Source: Takakia lepidozioides
Lineage: Eukaryota; Plantae; Bryophyta
Length of the DNA stretch: 64,000 nt
Assembly: GCA_030704615.1 (NCBI GenBank)
Contig: CM060733.1
Span: 37,448,001 to 37,512,000, forward strand
Direction of reading: 5' to 3'
The notes beneath the pieces are model-generated. The model had not been told where the DNA came from. It did no database searches and saw nothing but the letters and a program-made list of their open reading frames with translations. Below, one piece after another: positions 49,368-59,401 of this stretch. The number at the start of each line of letters is the position of its first letter. Position 1 is the stretch's first letter. Made by a program: the position numbers and the translations under genes.

Positions 49368-50917
49368 CTATCCCAAGCAGTGTGGACACAACCAATCTCC
49401 GTCAGGAACCTTCTCAAGAGGTGGTGTCAAGCATCCCATATGCCAATCCCTTGAGCATCGATCACACACCAGCATGGTGGCTTCCCCTTTGGCAGACCCA
49501 CAGAGCATGCACCTCAAACCTGCAGTACCAATGCCAAGTTTGGGTCAACTCTGCCATCGACATTGGGAAGGTGACATGGCGCACAATTACGCACATGGTC
49601 TTTCCAAGTATGCCATCCCGACCCTCCAAGATCAGGACTCCTGAGGGGCAACACCTCTCGAACCTCAGAATAACACGCCCTGCAGTAACATCCAGGGTCG
49701 TAGGAGCAGTCTGCTGCAAATAAACATAGTCATCAGGGCTAAACCTCCAAACCCCAGGACGATATCCTCCACCACGTATAGTGGCATACCTCAACGTATC
49801 ACGGTGCTGTGCAATGCAAGGTTCTCAAAAGCCATGGGCATGACTTCTTGAACAACTCTGCACGCTGATCACATACACGTACCCACACGTCCGGATCGTC
49901 AAGGTTAAGGACTTGAGCAGTGTCCCTACGAATGGCTGCAGGCAAATCCGGTCTCGGCCAAAGAGAAGGAAATATGGTGAGAAGGAGGCAAGTGAGGCTT
50001 GTTTGCTGAACCTGTAGCCCATGGCTAACCAAGGAACCTGAAGATCCCAATCTCCTAGGTGTCCCTTCTGCAAGCCATACTTGCGCAAACCCTCTTCACC
50101 GTCTGAAAACTCTCTCTGCCAAGCCATCGGCCTCAGGATAATCCCGAGAAATGGTGCGGTGGTCTATCAAGGCTTTATCACACAAAGCCTGAAACTCCCC
50201 CAAGAACTCTCTCCTTTGGTCCGTGAGTACCTTAGCTGGAGCACCAAATCGGCTAAGCACACGATCAAAGAATGCATACGCCCCCCTCACTAGCCTTGTC
50301 AGGCAATGGAACCAACTCAATCCACTTGGAGAAGTGCTCCACCATCACCAACACATATCTGTGGTGGTGCATAGTCAGTGGCAACGGTCCTACGAAGTCA
50401 AGACTCCACCTTTAGCCCAATCTCATGATTGGTAAAGGATGCAACTGTGGTGTAGGGGCGTTGAATGAAGCACGCACCTTGTCACACACCATGCACCTAG
50501 CCACGAACTGTTGCACCTCTGTATGCATACCACGCCACCAATACTGCCCCTGTGAGTGCGTCACACTCTAAAATGCCCCAACTCCTCATGGGCATGCCGC
50601 ACTAACCGTGCACGCTGTGTGGGGTGAGGCACAATCCTCACCCAAACATCCTCCCACACTCGAAACAGGTGTATCCCCTCCCACTTGAACCTCTTGGCTC
50701 GTTGTAGGATCCGATCCCTCTCCTTGGCAGTCACACTAGCTGTCGTGTCTCCAGTGCGGAGGTAGTCCAACACAACCGAATCCTCGTGTATATATCTAGC
50801 ACCACCTAGCTCATCACTAGTCTCAGGGTCCTCAGACACTCCGTCTACAGTCATCCCTGTTGTAGGTCCAACCTGACCTCCCGATGCCAAGATACACAAA
50901 AAACAGATGCATGCCAT
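49368..50917 (-). pseudogene. Retroelement integrase (HHCC zinc finger, rve core) with C-terminal PHD finger; frameshifted
   Basis: HAHEELGH..YWWRGM..CMVC; WSLDFVGPLP..VEHFSKW..FGAPAKVLTDQ..DGLAER; SPYFLLFGR. PHD CMLCGSAKGEATMLVCDRCSRDWHMGCLTPPLEKVPDGDWLCPHC at 49368-49511. Confidence 0.9.
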
Positions 50918-51233
50918 CCCGGCACCATCTCCTCGTCCATCTCACCATGCCACCGAGCTCCAGTGTCATCCTGCTAGCTCGTGCATGGATTGCAACTCAA
51001 TCCATCCGCATCCATATTGACCTAACCCGGTCGATGCACAACCTGAACATGTCTCTCATGCTCCTCCACCGTAGCACGAGAGGCAAAGCAATTCCTGTAA
51101 GCCTCAGGAACCGCCGTATATGTCGTCTCTCTCCTCTAGTGACAATAGGTCCAATGTCAGGCTCCCAATTGCCCTTCGTAACTGCAACCTTAAGTCCAGC
51201 AGACTTAGAGGTAGAGGACGCGTCCCGTGGTTG

Positions 51234-53126
51234 CTATGCCGCAACCTCTTGAGCAATACTCCTTGCCTGCTCAGTCAATGACAAGGCCTCATCTTGCCCC
51301 ATCATCTCATCCTTGAGGACTTCCTCCACCCGAGAAAAATCCCCAACCTCATCTATCACCGCCACCTTGGCTGCCAACTCCCTCTGAACCTCGAGCACCT
51401 CCCACGTGTGCCATGGATGCCTGCACCCCGTGGTCCTCACATGCTCGCCCCCACTCGCTGCCTGTACCGTCTCGGTAGGCAGAGAGACCATCGAGGGAAG
51501 TGTACTCCGCACTCTTCGTTGCTCAGCCATAGCCAAGCTGATAATCCAGGTCAAGCAATTTAGATCCATTGCTTGCCCCAACACCTGACGACGTGATGCC
51601 TCAGAAAGAGAAGGCACCGCCGTGGTCCCAGTGGAAAAACCCATAGCCCGCTCTCGCTCGTCGGCATTAGGCTCCACTAATTGCTGCAACTGAGCATCCC
51701 ACAGGAGGCCACGTCCATTATCCCAAAAAGCATGCGATCCTGGGAAGCTGAGCAGTGTAGGTAGTACCGCTCGTGGTTGACCCACCTTGTTGACCACTGC
51801 CAAAGGTGAACGGTCATCGTATCTCACACGCTGAGACTGCCTCCCTGTGTCCAAAATGTTATCCACTGTGAGGTGTGTTGGCCACTGCACCCCATCAAAT
51901 GCACGCTTAAGCAGTGCGGGTGGCATCAAGTTAGTCCACCATAACCGTGGACGATGAGCCCGTGACCCCACTGCAGCTGCATCCAGCAATACTGCTGACC
52001 CAAGCCACAACCGGACTTGATGTACACTGGCCATCACCCTGGCCCGAGAATCGCCTATCAGTGGCACATTCTCCAAGATGTATGCTGGAGATACAGCCTG
52101 ATGAAGCTGTAAATGGCGCAAAACCCGCACCATCTCCCAAAACAGACCTGACCTCGAGTCTCGCAATCCATTGCCATGCTTGGCTGATGAATACCCTTGG
52201 CACGGCCAACCTGCCACTACCAAATCAATGAAGCCAACCCGCTCCAAATCCTGCGCCCCCAGCAAAGAGATGTCTGCTGGCAAGGCCTGCTGATATCCAC
52301 GAACCGCAGACACCGACAACAACTCACGATACTGCTGCACCAACTGAGCAATATAACGGAGTAAGACGCGTCGTACAGTCTCATCCCTCTCCATATATAG
52401 GTAACGCCGAACTCGTACACCTGCCTGTAACAAAGCAGCCAATCCGGTGCTGATCCCACCAAACAAGTCCAGAAGACAAATGCCTTCATCCGGATACTGC
52501 CACACAATAGATGTGGTGTCCAATGGAGACAACTGAGGTGGTCCTGGTGCAATCCCCGCACTCTTCTCCTCTCCTGATGGTACAAAAGCCTCCACCCAGG
52601 CTTGTTGCACCCGTCGATCAGCATCCCGCTGCAAATCCTTGCTCATGCCCCACAATGGAGTCTGAGCAACCATGGTAGGCAACTCCGCCATACCATACAT
52701 GTCATCATGCTCTCCCGGAGGTGGCACATCCTCTGAATGAGCGTTGCCCTCAAGCAACTCTCTAGGCCAACTCACTGTCGCTGTGAATGCTGCTAGTGTC
52801 GGCATCTTGCCTCGTTGGGCAACCGCAACTCCTCCTATGAACGTCATAGGGAGCTGCACACGCCGGCCCTCCCCTGACTGCCATGCAGGCCTATAGGAAG
52901 CTGACTCCTCCCAAAAATCCAGGGTGAAGCCCATGGGGTACAACACTGCCCCACCAACAAGGACATCGTACGAGACCGCGTTTGTCACAATGGCCTTGGC
53001 TCTCATCACTGATCCATCTGTAGGATGATCCGGCTGTAGTCTGATAGCCAACTCACGCCGTGTCATGCCCCGAACCTGCTCTGATCCTCCCAAAGATGTC
53101 TGTATCTGGAAAGGGCACGGCTCCAT
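51234..53126 (-). CDS. pol segment: protease C-terminus plus C5-cytosine DNA methyltransferase domain (~51540-52490)
   Basis: Uninterrupted 630-aa ORF with motif I LDLFGGIS, II YMERD, III DI, IV AGWPCQG, V DSRSGLF, VI ILENV, VIII AHRPRLWWTN, IX ERERAMGF and X RQVLGQAMD in canonical order. Confidence 0.93.
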   Translation of the reverse strand: MEPCPFQIQTSLGGSEQVRGMTRRELAIRLQPDHPTDGSVMRAKAIVTNAVSYDVLVGGAVLYPMGFTLDFWEESASYRPAWQSGEGRRVQLPMTFIGGVAVAQRGKMPTLAAFTATVSWPRELLEGNAHSEDVPPPGEHDDMYGMAELPTMVAQTPLWGMSKDLQRDADRRVQQAWVEAFVPSGEEKSAGIAPGPPQLSPLDTTSIVWQYPDEGICLLDLFGGISTGLAALLQAGVRVRRYLYMERDETVRRVLLRYIAQLVQQYRELLSVSAVRGYQQALPADISLLGAQDLERVGFIDLVVAGWPCQGYSSAKHGNGLRDSRSGLFWEMVRVLRHLQLHQAVSPAYILENVPLIGDSRARVMASVHQVRLWLGSAVLLDAAAVGSRAHRPRLWWTNLMPPALLKRAFDGVQWPTHLTVDNILDTGRQSQRVRYDDRSPLAVVNKVGQPRAVLPTLLSFPGSHAFWDNGRGLLWDAQLQQLVEPNADERERAMGFSTGTTAVPSLSEASRRQVLGQAMDLNCLTWIISLAMAEQRRVRSTLPSMVSLPTETVQAASGGEHVRTTGCRHPWHTWEVLEVQRELAAKVAVIDEVGDFSRVEEVLKDEMMGQDEALSLTEQARSIAQEVAA

Positions 53127-55411
53127 ATCCGCCTCTGCCCAACATCAATGGCTGAGCTCCCGAGTCCAATAAGACCCGCAGTGGCCAGTACCTCTTGCCT
53201 GCCGATCCACTCAAACAGAAAATGCCATCCTGGTTGTCTAACATGACAACTCCAGGTGTAACCATGGCGCGCTCAATGGCTAGCCTAGCTGGCAGCTCCA
53301 TCAACCTGGCAGCTGTAGCTTGCCATGGCGCCGCCGTGGCAGTCTTGACCCTCAAATCCGAGGATCCCTCCGGCACTACACCTCCCACTATCTCCACAGA
53401 AGATGAAGTAACCTCCCTACTCTCACAGAGTGTAGCTGCCAACCTGAACACCTCAGCTGGTCTTACCCCCGGCGTCGCAATCATGGTAGATGAGAACAAT
53501 GGAGCCTGATGTGGCCGCTCCTAGCAGCACACTAGCTGCCGTAGCCTTGGCAACACTAGGTAGTGGTGCTACCCGTGTAGCTCTCCCCAATGGCATAGTA
53601 ACCTCCGCCTCGGTAACAGTCGGGCGAGAACTTGGTGTCATGGACGGCGTCGACACTGTCTCCACCAATGTGAATGACTGAGGAAGCCTGGCCTGACGGC
53701 TTGCCTCCCCACGCTATGGATCCAACTCCACCTCCGCACCTCGTGGCTCAGGAACTCGTGTTGCTCCTCGAGTCACTGCCGCAGCTGACTCCACTTGCAC
53801 TAGTGGTAGTCCTGCCCCGCACATAGTGGTAGTGGTAGTGGCACCCCTCATTAGTGGTAGTACTGCCCCCCACATGAATCCCATGCCTCCCAAGTCTCCT
53901 CCTTCAGGAGCAGGAGGTGGACCATCCGGCCTTGGAGCCGGTACCACCTGAGCTGTGGCCATGGCAGCGAGCCTCTGCTCTAGCTGCTGAAGCCGGTTGG
54001 CCATGCCTTGGTCACCACCCTGACCTCCACGTCCTTGGCCATGTTGAGCTTGCCCTTGGCCTGCACCTCGTGCCTGGCCACCTCGTGGGCTGCTCCACCT
54101 CGCCCCCGGCCACCATTGTTCCCTTGGAACTGGCCTGGGCGCAACTCAGGATGCAAACCATAGCATTGGGCTTCTCCATGCCCGTACTTGCCACAATGCC
54201 CACACTGCAACTGTGCAGGCTGTGCATGTGTCGGCCCTTTGCCTCCCTCTGGGCAATCCTTCTTGACATGGGGTCCTCCACATGTCCAGCACACCACATC
54301 CGCCCGTTGTTGGCCAGCAAATGAAGGGAGAGACCCCTGCATCTGAGGTCCTCTCTGCCCTTCCCTGAGCTTCACCTGAGCCCCCTTGTTGCCTTGAGCA
54401 CGTTGAGGTAGTGGTTGGCTAGGAGCACCACTACCCCGTGGTGTCTCCTTAGCAAATCCCACCATGACCACTCGTTCCTCCACCATGTTGAGCTCTATCC
54501 GCTCTGCCAGCAAAAACACATTTGCTAAGGTGGGTTGGGCCGCTTGTAGGAGAGTTGCATCCCGCACCCTTCTCTTCAACTCCTTGTCCAATATCCCATA
54601 CCAGAATTGGACTGCCTGAGCTTCCGTAACCCCTTGGGTTACATTTATCAAGCGCCTCATGCGAGTGAAAGCCTCCCTCAAGCTCTCGGTCGGCTTCCGT
54701 TGGAACTCTTGCAAGCTCCGCAACTTCTCTGTCCTCACCCCTTGGTAGTTCCCTCTCAACTCTTCGAAGAACTCCACAATAGGGTTGAAGGTAGGCACGG
54801 GTACTGGTGCTAGTGCGGTAGTGGCTTGGGTAGACGTCGTAGCTACGGTACCACTAGTCCCACTGCTGCTTGCTGAAGCTGCCAGTGCAGCGGCAGGTGT
54901 AGCCACTGCCCTCGTGACTCTAGTGCCCCTAGTGATGGAGACATAGTCGGGTGACCAGTACATCCTCCACTCCTTGATCTCAACCTCATGCCCCCGCCTG
55001 AACTCATGGTAATCATCCATAGGCGGCCCCTCAAGGTGCTGAAACAGCCCCTTTCATGCCGTGAAAGGCCTAAATAGTTGTGGATGGCGCATTTGCTGCA
55101 AATCACACCAACTATCAAACTCTTGGATAAAATCATCCAACTCGATGATGCCCCACCCCAGAGTACCTTCGTGGCCCCTTGGTAGCTCCATACATCTCCT
55201 CCATTGTGTCCCACAATAATGGCAAGGAAACAACTTGCACCGTCGGTATGAGTCTTCCTGATTCACAATCCGAATCAGAACATTCCGTAGAAGACACAGG
55301 AGGTAAAGGTGGCCTAAACCGCACACCTCGTCTCGTGTACCCACTAGTATCACTAGTGCTCGAACCGGCACTATCCCCAGCAACTAGTGGCACCTCCATG
55401 TTGACACTCAA
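53127..55411 (-). pseudogene. gag (capsid-like region, two zinc knuckles) and aspartic protease N-terminus; stops and frameshifts
   Basis: LDDFIQEFDSWC..LQEFQRKPTESLREAFTRMRRL; CWTCGGPHVKKDC and CGHCGKYGHGEAQC knuckles; VLLDSGAQP protease active site at ~53150-53175. Confidence 0.88.
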
Positions 55412-56084
55412 CTGGTCATGAACATGTCTCTAACCCCCTCTCCACAAGGTAACCGGGTAGAGAACCTGTTGCGGCTTATGCTTTGGAATACTAAGTTCCT
55501 AACATAGCCTACACCTGTACCTGCATCCACCGCAAGCACTCCTATGGTTGGCTGATCATCACCTCCAACCTCACCACAGGAGAAACAATGATGGTCTGGT
55601 TGGTCATCACCATAGCCTCACCATCGACAGCATGCTCTAAGACTGGCCGGTGATCAAATCCGGACCAATCACCTATAAAAACAAGCGCCCACACAAAACT
55701 AGCATGGCGTACAGTCAAGCATGCAGGTATGGAGGGGATCCAAACACAATAAATCAGAACGACAACTCCCCCACACCAAAAACAACTCCACGGTGTTGCT
55801 CCTGCAAGGACACCCCAGACCAAACCCGGACTGACTCTTGCCTCCACCTACGGAAAGGTCTTGGCCTAATGAGAGGGTGGAAACTACGAGGAAGAGAAGC
55901 TAAAGCAATGCCTAACCCCAACATGCCCTCATCCCAATACTCTTCCTCTCCTCTCTTCCCTCACTTGCATGACCATGGGAATATCATGAAGATACTCCTC
56001 AAACCGCCCTCCACGAGCTTCAAAATTCGGCCTTCAAGACCACATGCCAGTCCTTAGACAGTCCATCAATGCCTCCACGAGTCA

Positions 56085-56600
56085 GCACAGGCCGTCCACA
56101 GGTCAACACGGGCCACCACAGACCAGCACAGGCCCACACACCTCACTGGTCACAACCATCACAGCCCCACACAGGCCACAGCCTGTCACAGCCCGTCACA
56201 GCCCATCACAACCCCAAAGGCCACAGGCACAGCCTGTCACAGCCCTACAAGGGTCACAGGGTCACAGCCCCAAAGGCCATAGCCTGTCACAGCCCCTCAC
56301 AGCCCCATAGGCCACAGGGCACAGCCTATCACAGCCCGCCACAACCCATCACAACCCATCACAGCCTGTCACAGCCCCTCACAGCCCCACAGACCACTGG
56401 GCACAGCCTGTCACAGCCCGCCACAGCCTGTCACAACCCCTCACAGCCCGTCACAGCTCGCCACAGCCTGTCACAACCCGTCACAAACCCCACAGGCCAC
56501 AGGGCACAGCCTGTCACAGCCCCTCATAGCCCGTCACAGCCCCACAGGCCACAGGGCGCAGCCTGTCACAGCCCCTCACAGCCCCACAGGCCACTTATGA
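56085..56600 (+). repeat. Minisatellite of TCACAGCCC/GCCTGTCACAGCCC units inside the retroelement leader
   Basis: Dozens of CACAGCC(C/T) motifs with higher-order CACAGGCCACAGGGCACAGCCTGTCACAGCCC blocks. Confidence 0.92.
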
Positions 56601-57029
56601 CAGTTTAGCCATTTCTCCAAGGGGTTTAGCCACGCCAAGCTAGGGTTTGTGTCTCTTGGACTCTAGGCTTCTTTGCACCAAGCTATGGCGGCTGTGAAGA
56701 AATCAGCAAGGTATTCTTGCTCTTTCGGCTCCCACACACCACCAATAGTAGCCCTAAGCCATGAGGAAGATGGTTGCCACAAACCAAGCCTTCTTTCTCA
56801 CTTAGACTCCCCAAACACGCCACTAAACTCAATGGCAAACAACCAAGCCTTGCTGGTTTCCAGCCCTTGTGAGCACTCATTCAAGCGTTTCCCTTGGCCA
56901 TAGCATCTGTCTTAGAGCTTATTCCAGCCCCCTACACCTGCCACTTCAAGAGCCATGCTCTATCTAGGCTTGAGGTTGAAACCCCAACTCAGAACACGCT
57001 CTACAAGTGTCGGACTGTCACATAAGAGC

Positions 57030-57440
57030 AGATCAGCCCCTTACCTTCTCTTCTAGTTCTCTAAAGCTTGAAAACAAAAGCCCAATGGACTGAAGGCATG
57101 CTCCACACATGCCCCACTCTCACCACCAGAGAATCAGCCCCTTTGCTTTCTTTCTTGCACCCACCAACCTAAAAATACACGCTTCAGCGGGCTGGAAGCA
57201 TGCTCCACACATGCCCTACAGGGAAACCAGCCCCTTCATTCCTTTCTTGCACTCCCAAACCTGAAAGTACAAGCCTTCAACAAGCTGAAAGCATGCTCCA
57301 CACATGCATTGCTCTCACATAAGGGAAGTCAGCCCTTCCCTCTTCCTTGCTTGCCCTCCAAGCTTGAAGATGGAAGCTTCAATGAGCTGAATACATGCTC
57401 CACACATGCAACCTCTTCACACAGAAGTATCAGCCCCTAT
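57030..57440 (+). repeat. Four diverged ~100-bp tandem units inside the retroelement leader
   Basis: CATGCTCCACACATGC occurs four times and CAGCCC(C)T five times at ~100-bp spacing. Confidence 0.85.
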
Positions 57441-58106
57441 CTTGGCTCCTTAGCTCCTTGATGCTCTCTAAGACAAGACTAAGCACTCCACAGCCCTTGC
57501 CAAGCTCCTGAAACCCTAAGGCTTACATTTCCAACCACAAGACACTCCTCTTGTGGTGCAAGAGCTCTTCTTCCAAGCTTTGAAACCCTAGGTGCACATT
57601 CCATGGCCTTGCCGCACCTCTTAGCTCATGTTCCAGCCCTGCTTTTGTCATAACAAGAGCCCTCTCAATGCTGAAGCTCGAGATTGAAACCCAATCTCTA
57701 CATACTCCACAAAGTGCACTGATTTGCCCCAAGCCAAATCAGCCCTTTCGCTTGGTCTTGCAATCCTTCACACAATGAAAGCTTGCATTCCCAAGTCCAG
57801 TTCTCAGCTTTGCCACCAAAGCCACTATAACCTGCTCTTGACTGGTCCTCTTCCCAATCGTGCTTGCTCATGCATGTACACAATCTGAAACCATCAAGAT
57901 GCTCTGGAATTACCTGCAGCATGGTGCTTTCATCTCTGAAGCTGAAGATCAAATGCCAAGGTCTACCACCTCGTAACCCACATCGCCTCCGCTTCTAACA
58001 ACCAAGAGCTCCATGGTGCTCCTTGCATAACAACCTGGTTTCTCTCATTCTCAAGCAAAAACCACAAGTGCTACAACTAACTCGTATCTGGCACTCACAG
58101 ATACGA

Positions 58107-58122
58107 GCTCATCTTTCTCGAG
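58107..58122 (-). other. Primer-binding-site position occupied by a self-complementary sequence (putative self-priming PBS)
   Basis: CTCGAGAAAGATGAGC follows the LTR-terminal CA on the coding strand and is the exact reverse complement of 58282-58297 inside LTR segment B. It does not begin with TGG. Confidence 0.7.
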
Positions 58123-58443
58123 TGATAAAGAAGAAGAATACAAGCACAAGCTCATGCGAGCTCACAAAGCTGAAGCACATGCATATATAAACTCACCACT
58201 CAAATACAAGTCAAGCCAAGTGCACCCCACGCCATGGGGAATCCACACTACGGCGCCATAGCTAGGCGCGGTGAGGCTCAACTCGAGAAAGATGAGCCTC
58301 CCGCGCTTGCCGTGAAGATAACCACTCCAGGGCCTAAATCTGCCTTGACCCCTGGATTGACACTTGGGCCAATCCCAAATGTCAATATATAAAAGCTAGC
58401 TATTTCCTAGCTAGTTTCACACTAGTGGTAAAATAACTTGACA
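58123..58443 (-). repeat. LTR segment B, copy 1
   Basis: Near-identical to 58623-58949; TG...CA bounded. Confidence 0.95.
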
Positions 58444-58445
58444 AC

Positions 58446-58621
58446 TGTCGTGCGCATACATATCGCTACACAAATACATCGCTGTCCAAAACCACACAAC
58501 ACATGTGCACGCCACACACTAGTATATCACTAGTCCACCACTAGTCCAGCCACTAGTCCAACCACTAGGCTACAACTAGTCAGTCACTAGGCTGCCACTA
58601 TGCTGCCCACTAGTCCACACA
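58446..58621 (-). repeat. LTR segment A, copy 2
   Basis: Near-identical to 48920-49107; separated from B1 by 2 bp and from B2 by 1 bp. Confidence 0.95.
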
Positions 58622-58622
58622 A

Positions 58623-58949
58623 TGATAAAGAAGAAGAATACAAGCACGAGCTCATGCGAGCTCACAAAGCTGAAGCATAAACTCATGCATATATAAACTC
58701 ATCACTCAAACGCAAGTCAAGCCAAGTGCACCCCACGCCATGGGGAATCCACACTACGGCGCCATAGCTAGGCGCGGTGAGGCTCAACTCGATAAAGATG
58801 AGCCTCCCGCGCTTGCCGTGAAGATAACCACTCCAGGGCCTAAATCTGCCTTGACCCCTGGATTGACACTTGGGCCAATCCCAAATGTCAATATGTAAAA
58901 GCTAGCTATTTCCTAGCTAGTTTCACACTAGTGGTAAAATAACTTGACA
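58623..58949 (-). repeat. LTR segment B, copy 2 (5' end of element)
   Basis: Near-identical to 58123-58443; followed on the plus strand by the GAGG target duplication. Confidence 0.95.
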
Positions 58950-59401
58950 GAGGGTAACGTAAGCATTCAAACAGTATGCATGCTACGGGTGGCGGTACAG
59001 AGAGCGACGTCATGGATTAGCCACACGGGCAAAATGGGACGAAAGTAAATGAACGATCTAGGACTTGGAGAGAATAGCCAAAGGGGCATCTGTATGATGT
59101 CAATCATTGAGCACGCACAAGAACAAGAGGCGAGTAAACCAGATTCAGCAGGCATAGTCTTGTAGAGGCGGATAAGGTGATAATGGGATCATCCGAACGC
59201 TGATATGGTTGTGCATACGGGTATTACAAGCAGCCCGTGCCGCACCACCCCACGGGGTCACGATATCTTGTCTGAACAGTGGTCACAGGTTGATAAGAAG
59301 AGAAATGAACGAACAAGAGATAGTGATTAAACAAGTTGTCAAGTCCAGTCTAGGTGTCATAATGATTTCTTACTTTCCGCTGCGCCTCATGTAGCATCAA
59401 A

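Larger units (their letters stand above)
48920..58949 (-). mobile_element. Ty3/Gypsy-type LTR retroelement carrying a C5 DNA methyltransferase and a PHD finger, non-autonomous, with permuted LTRs
   Basis: TG...CA termini; GAGG on both flanks (48916-48919 and 58950-58953); domain order gag-PR-MTase-(RT/RH remnant)-IN-PHD; PPT next to the left repeat. Confidence 0.92.

Noticed and set aside
56044-56608. Pro/His/Gln-rich protein ORFs
   Set aside because: They are translations of the CACAGCC minisatellite, antisense to the retroelement.
48920-58949. DIRS/PAT/Ngaro tyrosine-recombinase retrotransposon, suggested by the split direct repeats
   Set aside because: The element encodes an aspartic protease and a DDE integrase, has a PPT and a TSD, and shows no tyrosine recombinase.
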